DNA of 64,000 nucleotides from an uncultured delta proteobacterium (GTDB taxonomy: Bacteria; Desulfobacterota; Binatia; JACPRU01). Below the pieces are notes generated by a model. It was not told the origin of the DNA. It did no database searches and saw only the letters and a program-made list of their open reading frames with translations. Location: NCBI GenBank assembly GCA_963745025.1, contig CAVUWD010000006.1, forward strand, positions 352,001 to 416,000, given 5' to 3'. This document shows, piece after piece, positions 56,751-64,000 of the stretch; the stretch's first letter is position 1, and each line of letters starts with the position of its first letter. The position numbers and the translations under genes are program-made.

Positions 56751-58220
56751 TCAGTACATCTGCTTCCTCTTCGAGGACGGCAAGATGCCCATCATCTCGC
56801 GATACTTCGCGACCGTGCGGCGCGCGATGTACACGTTCTCTTTGGCGAGTAGCGCGGCGATGTACTGATCACTGTATGGATGGCGGGCATCCTCGCTCTG
56901 GATGATCTCGCGAATGCGCTGTTTGACGCTCTCCGAGGAGACGTCCTCTCCTCCTCCGCCGGCGTGAAGGCTCGACGTGAAGAAGAACTTGAGCTCGAGG
57001 GTGCCCTGCGGCGTATGCACGTACTTGTTGGAGGTCGCGCGGCTAACGGTCGACTCGTGCATGCCGATGTCGTTGGCCACGTCCTTGAGTACCAGTGGTT
57101 TCAGTCCCGAGATGCCTTTCTCAAAGAAGTCGCGCTGGAACTTCACGATCGACTGGGTCACGAGGTAGATCGTCCGCTGGCGCTGTTGGATACTCTTGAT
57201 GAGCCAACTCGCCGCTCGCATCTTCTCCTGGATGTAGCCTTTGGCTTCGCCAGAAGGGTCCGCGCCGAGCATCTTTTTGTAGTAATGGCTGACGCGCAGG
57301 TAGGGGAGGCCGTCGTCGTTCAGGTTGATGACGTATTCGTCACCGACCTTGGTGATGAAGACATCCGGCGTGACGTAGCGGGCCTCGCCTTCGCCGAAGT
57401 TGCGGCCGGGCTTCGGCTCGAGCGAGGCCACGATCTTCGACGCTTCGAGTACGTCCTCGATCGAGACCGAAAGATCGCGAGCGAGCTTCTCGAAGCGATG
57501 GCTCTCCAGCGCGTTGAGATGGTCGCGAACGATCCGGGCGGCGAGCGAGTCCCCGGCTTCGAGCTGGCGAAGCTGGATCAGCAAACATTCGCGCAAGGTT
57601 CGCGCGCAGACCCCCGGTGGATCGAATTCCTGAAGCTTGGCGAGCACGCCTTCGACCGCGGCCGGCTCGACGTCGCCGATCTCGGCGATCTCTTCGACCG
57701 TGGCGCCGAGATACCCGTCGTTGTCGACGTTACCGATGATCAGCGCCGCGATCCGCTCCTCTTCGTCCGTGAAGCTCGAGAGCCTGAGCTGCCACTCGAG
57801 GTGGCCGAGGAGGTCCTGGGTCTTGGTGAGGACGTTCTCGAGCGAGGGTCGGCGGTCGTCGTCGCCGGGATCCGTGTCGGCGTAACTCGCACCATGAAAC
57901 TCGTTGCCGTAGGTTTCGAAGTACTCGCCCCAATCGATCTCTTTGAGATCCTTCGCGTTCTCCGCCTCGGGCTTCGGCGCTTCGGGAGTCGGCTCGACTT
58001 CACCCATCACGCCGTCGACCCGCGGCTCTTCGGTTTCGACCTCGATCGCGACCTTCTCGGGCGACCCTTCCTCGAGAATCGGATTCTCCTCGAGCTCCGT
58101 CTCGATCAGCGATTCGAGCTCGGTGCGCGAAACCTGCAGGATCTTGATGGCCTGCCGCAGCTGGGGGGTCATCACCAACTGCTGGGAGAGCTTCTGGAAG
58201 AGCTTCGGCTCGAGGGCCAT
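56751..58220 (-). CDS. rpoN: RNA polymerase sigma-54 factor
   Basis: QQLVMTPQLRQAIKILQ, HESTVSRAT, RpoN box ARRTVAKYRE. Confidence 0.98.
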   Translation of the reverse strand: MALEPKLFQKLSQQLVMTPQLRQAIKILQVSRTELESLIETELEENPILEEGSPEKVAIEVETEEPRVDGVMGEVEPTPEAPKPEAENAKDLKEIDWGEYFETYGNEFHGASYADTDPGDDDRRPSLENVLTKTQDLLGHLEWQLRLSSFTDEEERIAALIIGNVDNDGYLGATVEEIAEIGDVEPAAVEGVLAKLQEFDPPGVCARTLRECLLIQLRQLEAGDSLAARIVRDHLNALESHRFEKLARDLSVSIEDVLEASKIVASLEPKPGRNFGEGEARYVTPDVFITKVGDEYVINLNDDGLPYLRVSHYYKKMLGADPSGEAKGYIQEKMRAASWLIKSIQQRQRTIYLVTQSIVKFQRDFFEKGISGLKPLVLKDVANDIGMHESTVSRATSNKYVHTPQGTLELKFFFTSSLHAGGGGEDVSSESVKQRIREIIQSEDARHPYSDQYIAALLAKENVYIARRTVAKYREMMGILPSSKRKQMY

Positions 58221-58251
58221 CGTCGGTCCGTCTGGCGTCTGTGCAGTGCGT

Positions 58252-59046
58252 CTACAGCCGGAATTTTTCGCCGAGATAGATTTCGCGGGCTCTCTTGCTG
58301 CCAGCGATCTGCGCAGGGTTCCCTTCTTCCAGAATCACGCCTTCATTCAGGATATACGCCCGGTCGCAAATTCCCAAGGTCTCGCGGACGTTGTGATCCG
58401 TGATGAGGATGCCGATCCCCCGCTCCCGGAGTTGTGCCACTATGTTCTGGATGTCGAGGACGGCGAGCGGGTCGATGCCGGCAAAGGGCTCGTCGAGCAG
58501 CATGAAGGCAGGCGAGATCACCAGCGCGCGGGTGATCTCGAGCCGCCGGCGCTCACCTCCCGACAGCGAGTGCGCTCGGTTCTTGCGAAGGTGCGCGATC
58601 GACAGCTCATCGAGCAGAGTCGTCAGCCGCTCCTCGCGCTCTGGGTGCGTCAAGTCGAGGGTCTCGAGAATCGCCAGGATGTTCTCCTCTACGGTCAGCT
58701 TGCGGAAGACCGATGGCTCCTGCGGCAGATAGCTGATCCCGGAGCGCGCCCGCTGATACATCGGAAGCTCGGTCACGTCCGCGTCGCCTAGAAAGACACG
58801 GCCGCCGTTGGGACGCGTCAGGCCGACGATCATGTAGAACGTGGTCGTCTTGCCCGCCCCGTTCGGTCCGAGCAAGCCGACGACTTCGCCGCTGCGGACC
58901 TCGATCGACACTCCCTTGACGACGGTCCGTCCCCCGTACGTCTTGCTCAGGCTTTCGGCGCGGAGGATCCGTGAAGCGGCGTCGCGTTCGTCAGCGACGT
59001 GCAGATCGGCCTGGGCTGTCGTCCGAGGATTCAATGGGAGGGCCAT
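58252..59046 (-). CDS. lptB: LPS export ABC ATPase
   Basis: [45 protein letters not shown]. Confidence 0.95.
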   Translation of the reverse strand: MALPLNPRTTAQADLHVADERDAASRILRAESLSKTYGGRTVVKGVSIEVRSGEVVGLLGPNGAGKTTTFYMIVGLTRPNGGRVFLGDADVTELPMYQRARSGISYLPQEPSVFRKLTVEENILAILETLDLTHPEREERLTTLLDELSIAHLRKNRAHSLSGGERRRLEITRALVISPAFMLLDEPFAGIDPLAVLDIQNIVAQLRERGIGILITDHNVRETLGICDRAYILNEGVILEEGNPAQIAGSKRAREIYLGEKFRL

Positions 59047-59058
59047 CGGCGGACACCT

Positions 59059-59712
59059 TCACGGATTCTGCGTGCCGAGAGGCCCCTTGTTCCGCTCCGG
59101 GGTCACCGCGGGCGCGGAGGTTGCGCTCGGCTTGGGGTTCGTCTTGTCTTTGCCGGGGGTGCCGCTGGCGAGCGGCCCTTCTCCCGGAAACAGGATGACT
59201 TTGACGCGCCGGTTCTCTCCGAGCACTTCCATCCGCGATTCGTCGGGATGGACGATGATCCGGTCGCCATTCAATTGGTTCGAGCCTTCCGAGAGTACGG
59301 CGTTGCCGGTGAGCACGACGGTACGACTCGACTGATCGAACACCGCGTGGCTCCCCGTCGCCTTCTTGGGTCCCTGCGTGATGGTCACGTGTCCGTCGGC
59401 GGTGACCGCCTTGAGCTCCTGTTTATCCCCGACTTGGGCATAGTCCACCGTCAGGACGTCGCTCTGCAAGTGCACCTCGCCCTGGATGACGTCTACGTCG
59501 CCACGGAACACCGTACGTCGATTTTTGTAATCGAAGTCGAGCTTTTCCGAAGTGATTTCGATCGGCTCCTTCTTCGAGGTGAAGCTGAAATCCCCCATGC
59601 CCGGTAGTGCCGTAGAATCGGTCTTGGCGGGAGTCGGCGCCGGACCGGCAAAAATGCCGGTGGCTAGAGCGAGGATCAGTCCGAGCCCTGCACGAACGTT
59701 CCGTAAGGACAT
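59059..59712 (-). CDS. lptA: LptA/OstA family periplasmic LPS transport protein
   Basis: Signal peptide, PIEITSEKL, FRGDVDVIQG, LTGNA...GDRI; position between lptC and lptB. Confidence 0.85.
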   Translation of the reverse strand: MSLRNVRAGLGLILALATGIFAGPAPTPAKTDSTALPGMGDFSFTSKKEPIEITSEKLDFDYKNRRTVFRGDVDVIQGEVHLQSDVLTVDYAQVGDKQELKAVTADGHVTITQGPKKATGSHAVFDQSSRTVVLTGNAVLSEGSNQLNGDRIIVHPDESRMEVLGENRRVKVILFPGEGPLASGTPGKDKTNPKPSATSAPAVTPERNKGPLGTQNP

Positions 59713-59720
59713 GCAGCGGT

Positions 59721-60320
59721 TCAGGAGGGACGGGACGTCTGGAGCGCTTTCGGCGACAATGTCACCCGGACCGGCTTCTTGAGCTCGAAGCGCGATTCCT
59801 TCACGAAGACGGTCATGTCGTTGCCTGCCACCTGTACCTGCTCTCCGACGATCGTGACCGGGCCCATGGCGACGATTTTCTCCGTGCCGCGGTCATAGAC
59901 CGCATCGTTGGCGCGGATCACGAACCCTCGGACATGGATTTCCACGCTATCGTGAAGCATCGCCTTCTGCAAATCTTTACCCGCGAATTCGACCTTGCCC
60001 TGATCGCCGGTGACCGTGACCTTTTCCCCATCCTTCATGTAGAGCGTGGTCCGCGGCTTGCGGACGACGACCTGGTTATCGCCCTCGAGGTACTGCGCCT
60101 CGTCGGCTACGAGTTCCCAGGCTTTCTTGCCTTCCCGGATCTCGATGCGGTGAAAGTTCTGTATCCACTGTACCGCATCTGGCAGCATGCCTTCGAGACT
60201 CGAGCGGTCGACCTGTTTGGACTTCCCGGCCTCGAGGCTCGAATGAACCAGATACCCGACGCCCGCGAGCGAGGCCACGATCAGGACCCCTACTGCGGAG
60301 CGGACATTACGTCGCCGCAC
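59721..60320 (-). CDS. lptC: LPS export protein LptC
   Basis: Single N-terminal TM, beta-jellyroll-type sequence (WELVADEA), first gene of lptCAB. Confidence 0.75.
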   Translation of the reverse strand: MRRRNVRSAVGVLIVASLAGVGYLVHSSLEAGKSKQVDRSSLEGMLPDAVQWIQNFHRIEIREGKKAWELVADEAQYLEGDNQVVVRKPRTTLYMKDGEKVTVTGDQGKVEFAGKDLQKAMLHDSVEIHVRGFVIRANDAVYDRGTEKIVAMGPVTIVGEQVQVAGNDMTVFVKESRFELKKPVRVTLSPKALQTSRPS

Positions 60321-60406
60321 GCGAGGAGAGTAAAGCGAAAGGTGCCGAGAGTAAAGATGGCCTTCGGCGAACGCCTTTGCTAGGAGAGAGCCTGGAGGTG
60401 ACGCTC

Positions 60407-61382
60407 ATGGAGTTTTCCGGTGATCGCTTGGTCGAAACCTACCGGACGATGCGGACCATTCGTAGCTTCGAGCAGACCTTGAACGAGCTTTCGCAGGCTG
60501 GCCGGGTTCCGGGATTTCTACATCTTTATGCAGGCGAAGAGGCAATCGCCGCCGGTGTATGCTGCTCGCTCGGCGACGGCGACTACGTGACGAGCACCCA
60601 CCGCGGCCATGGGCATTCGATCGCCAAGGGCGTGGATTTGAATGCGATGATGGCCGAAATCTTCGGCAAGAGCGCAGGGATCTGCCGGGGCAAGGGCGGC
60701 TCGATGCACATTGCCGACGTCAGCAAGGGGATGCTCGGCGCCAACGGCATCGTCGGCGCCGGCATCCCATTGGCGATCGGCGCCGCTCTATCGGCCAAAG
60801 TCCGCAAGAGCGGCGGCGTCGCGATCGCCTTCTTCGGCGACGGCGCCAGCAATCAGGGGGCGTTCCACGAGAGCCTGAATATCGCCTCGATCCTGAAGCT
60901 GCCCGTGGTCTTCGTGCTCGAGAACAACGGCTACGGCGAGGCGACGCCGGTAGAGTACCACGTGAACATCCCCGACCTCGCGGTGCGGGCGACGAGCTAC
61001 GGCATTCCGGGCGTGATTGCCGATGGCATGGACTTCTTCGACGTATTCGAGAAGGCGTCGAGCCGCCATCGAGCGCGCGAGGCGGGGCGACGGACCGACG
61101 CTCATCGAATGCAAGACGTATCGCTACTTCGGACACTACGTCGGCGACCCGCTGACCTACCGGAGCAAGGAAGAGACCGAGAAGGTTCGATCCAGCCGCG
61201 ATCCGATCGACAAATTCGAGAAGCGGGTGGTGTCGGGCGGCAAGGTCTCGGCGAGCGCGCTCCGCGCTGTCGACGATCAGGTTTCCAAGGCAATCGCCGA
61301 GGCGGTGAAGTTCGCCGAGGCGAGCCCGCCGCCGAGCGTGTCCGAGCTCCTGACCGACGTGTACGTCGACTATCCGAGCTGA
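60407..61382 (+). CDS. acoA: TPP-dependent dehydrogenase E1 alpha, acetoin dehydrogenase-like (one frameshift near 61060)
   Basis: PGFLHLYAGEEA, STHRGHGH, GKGGSMH, GDGASNQG...ENN, TYRYFGH. Confidence 0.8.
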
Positions 61383-61392
61383 GGAGGGCGCC

Positions 61393-62401
61393 ATGGCAAG
61401 CCGCAAACGAGCGTTCGTACAGGCGATCAACGAGGCGCTGTTTCAAGCCATGGAGCACGATCCTTTGGTCATCGTGCTCGGCGAGGACGTGGCCGGCGGC
61501 GCGGGGCAGAAGGAGGACGCCTGGGGGGGAGTGATGGGCGCGACCAAGGGGCTGATCGGCCGCTTCGGCGCGGACCGCGTCATCGACACGCCGATCAGCG
61601 AGATCGGCCTTATCGGCATGGCGGTCGGCGCGGCGGCGACGGGCCTCCGTCCCGTGGCGGAGCTCATGTTCATGGACTTCATCGGCGTCTGTTTCGATCA
61701 GCTGCTGAACCAGGCCGCGAAGCTCCGCTACATGTTCGGCGGCAAGGCCAAGCGTCCCGCTCATGGTGCGCACGATGATCGGGGCGGGGGTCCGTGCGGC
61801 GGCGCAGCACTCGCAGTCGCTGTACGCGCTGACGACGGCGATTCCGGGCTTGAAGACCGTCGTGCCGTCGAATCCGTACGACGCCAAGGGGCTGCTCCTC
61901 GCCGCGATCGCCGACGACGATCCGGTGATCTTCTGTGAGCCGAAATCGCTTTACACCGTGAGCGGCGAGGTTCCCGAGGAGCCCTACACCGTGCCTCTCG
62001 GCAAAGCGGCAATTGCCCGGCAAGGTGGCTCGGTGACGATCGTCGCCTGCGGCCGGATGGTCGATACGTCGCTTGCCGCCGCCAAGACCCTCGCGGGAGA
62101 GGGCATCGAGGCGGAAGTCGTCGACCTCAGAACGCTCTCGCCGCTCGACGAAGAGACCGTTCTCCAGTCGCTCGGGAAGACTGGCTACCTCGTCGCCGTC
62201 GACGAGGCACCTCCGCGTTGTGGGATGGCCACCGACATCGCCGCCCTCGCGGCGGACAAGGGATTCGATCTACTGCGCGGTCCGATCCGGCGCGTCACCG
62301 CTCCGCACTCGCCCGTCCCGTTCAGCCCGATTCTCGAGGACGCATACATCCCCTCTCCGGCGCAGGTGGTCGAAGCGGTTCACTCCGCGCTCGAGGGTTA
62401 G
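61393..62401 (+). CDS. acoB: TPP-dependent dehydrogenase E1 beta, acetoin dehydrogenase-like (one frameshift near 61750)
   Basis: DAWGGVMGATKGL, DTPISE, NQAAKLRYMFGG, AAQHSQ, DLRTLSPLD. Confidence 0.8.
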
Positions 62402-62407
62402 TTCGCA

Positions 62408-63673
62408 TTGGCCACTGCAGTCACGATGCCGCGCCTCGGCCTGACGATGGTCGAGGGTACGGTGGTGGAATGGAAGGCGCAGTCCGGCGACAACGTCGAC
62501 AAGGGCCAGATCCTGCTCGTCATCGAATCCGAGAAGGTCTCGGTGGAAGTCGAAGCGTTCGCTGCGGGAACGCTCGCAGCGATCTACGTCGAGCCGGGAA
62601 CGACCGTTCCGATCGGTTCGCTGCTCGGCGCGATCGTCGAGCCCGGCGAGGCGTTCGACCGCGATATCTTCGAGAAGAGCTTCGTTCCCGAGATCGAAGG
62701 AGCGCCAGCGGGCGCGACGCCGGCGGCAGCCGAACGGCACGCTCCGCCCGTGCCGAGCCGAGCCCCGGCCGCAGGCGTCAAGGCCGCGCCGGCCGCGCGC
62801 GCGCTCGCGAAGAAGCTCGGCGTCGACCTCGAGTCCGTGAGCGGAACCGGACCGGGAGGACGGATCACCGTCGAGGACGTCGAGCGCGCCGGGTCGAGCG
62901 GGCCCGGGTTGGCGATCGACGTCGACGGGAGTGGTCCCGCCCTGCTTCTCATCGCGGGCTTCGCCGTCGACAGGACGAGCTGGCGACGGCAGATCGACGG
63001 GCTTCGATCCTCCTTCATGGTCGTCAGCTACGATCATCGGGGCATCGGCGCCTCGCGCCCGATGCCCGACGAATCGCTGACCATCACCACGATGGCGGAA
63101 GATGCCGTTGCGTCGTTGTCGGAAAAGGGGCCGGCGACGGTGGTCGGGGCGAGCATGGGCGCGGCGATCGCGATCGAGCTCGCGATCGCCCATCCCGACG
63201 TCGTCGGGGCGCTCGTGCTGATCACGCCAGCAGTGGAAAAGGATGCGCGTCTCGAGGCGGTGTTGCGCTCGTGGATTGAGTTCGAATCCCCGCAGTCCGA
63301 GGCGCGGATCCGCTCGATGCTTCCCTGGTTCCTAAGCCGTCACTTTCTCGCCGAGGTGCCGAAGCGCGAGGCCACCGCTCAGGCGCTCCGTGCCATGGCA
63401 GCGCGGACGCCGCTTCCCGCGCTGCGACACCAGGTCCGCGCGTTCGACGCATGGCTCGGAACCCGGGTCGGCAATCTCAGTCGGATCTCCGTTCCGACGC
63501 TGGTCATCGCCGGGGCCGAGGACCTCCTCGTTCCATTCGCGCAAGCCGAGCGCGTGGCGGGCAGCATCCCGGGCGCCCGTCTCGAGGTCCTTGACGGCGC
63601 GGGGCACGCCGTGACGATCGAGGGCGCCGAGCGCGTGAACGAGCTCATCACGAACTTCATCCGTCGCGGCTAG
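62408..63673 (+). CDS. AcoC-like E2: lipoyl domain, subunit-binding domain and alpha/beta hydrolase domain
   Basis: MPRLGLTMVEG...ESEKVS lipoyl Lys; AAPAARALA...GTGPGGRIT; GASMG, GAEDLL and GAGH triad. Confidence 0.8.
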   Translation: MATAVTMPRLGLTMVEGTVVEWKAQSGDNVDKGQILLVIESEKVSVEVEAFAAGTLAAIYVEPGTTVPIGSLLGAIVEPGEAFDRDIFEKSFVPEIEGAPAGATPAAAERHAPPVPSRAPAAGVKAAPAARALAKKLGVDLESVSGTGPGGRITVEDVERAGSSGPGLAIDVDGSGPALLLIAGFAVDRTSWRRQIDGLRSSFMVVSYDHRGIGASRPMPDESLTITTMAEDAVASLSEKGPATVVGASMGAAIAIELAIAHPDVVGALVLITPAVEKDARLEAVLRSWIEFESPQSEARIRSMLPWFLSRHFLAEVPKREATAQALRAMAARTPLPALRHQVRAFDAWLGTRVGNLSRISVPTLVIAGAEDLLVPFAQAERVAGSIPGARLEVLDGAGHAVTIEGAERVNELITNFIRRG

Positions 63674-63697
63674 CATACGCTGGATGCCGGCTCGAGC

Positions 63698-64000
63698 ATG
63701 ACGCTCGCGGACGTTCCGCCACCCGCCGTGCTCTGCCGGTTCCCGCTCGGCCTGCGCTCGCTCGCGTTGATCGTCGCCTTCGGCGGCTCGCTGCTCTTCG
63801 CGCTCGCCGCGAGCGGAAAATCGTTCAACTATCACGAGGCTCGCTACGCTCAGGGCGCTCGCGAGATGCTCGAGAGCGGAAGCTGGCTCATCCCCACCAT
63901 CGGCACGCGGCCGCGATTGCAGAAGCCTCCGATCGTCTATTGGTCGATGGCCGCGGCCATGGCCGCCTTCGGGACAGAGCAGGAATGGCCAGCGCGGCTG
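63698..64000 (+). CDS. ArnT/PMT-like glycosyltransferase family 39 (partial, runs off the window)
   Basis: HEARYAQGAREMLESGSWLIP...RLQKPPIVYWSMA...WPARL. Confidence 0.75.
   Translation, partial: MTLADVPPPAVLCRFPLGLRSLALIVAFGGSLLFALAASGKSFNYHEARYAQGAREMLESGSWLIPTIGTRPRLQKPPIVYWSMAAAMAAFGTEQEWPARL

Overview
High-GC bacterial chromosomal segment. Gene content and order (lptCAB-rpoN-hpf-ptsN-hprK-rapZ-PTS-metK-ahcY, priA-def-fmt-rpe, nrdJ, glnB-glnA) resemble a deltaproteobacteria-like lineage, possibly from a metagenome assembly; this taxonomy is inference only. Most of the window is housekeeping: a partial nuo operon (A,C,D,E,H,J,K,L,M,N; B,F,G,I absent at tight junctions), amgK/murU-like genes, cysH, eno, nrdJ with NrdR boxes, coaE, mrp, priA, tRNA-Pro, plsY/plsB, a sigma54-type promoter before glnB-glnA, the rpoN/PTS cluster and acoABC-like genes. 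Indel frameshifts cluster in the most conserved genes (nuoD/H/L/M/N, nrdJ, glnB, glnA, acoA/B) and are probably consensus or polishing artefacts. The standout is a low-GC island of about 5.3 kb (33.1-38.4 kb). It carries an operon encoding an atypical ketosynthase, a dedicated ACP, a divergent DUF374-like acyltransferase and two paralogous membrane-sensing histidine kinases. Divergently paired with it is a receiver-kinase hybrid that appears to start at CTG. This is a candidate undescribed lipid-signal make-and-sense (quorum-sensing-like) module. Other oddities: a GcvH-like protein without its lipoyl lysine, a 30-aa lysine-rich microprotein with a strong SD and a palindromic operator, a family of intergenic heptamer-repeat hairpins, a rod-like hairpin upstream of metK, and several gene remnants. 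No CRISPR array, rRNA, integrase or transposase was seen.
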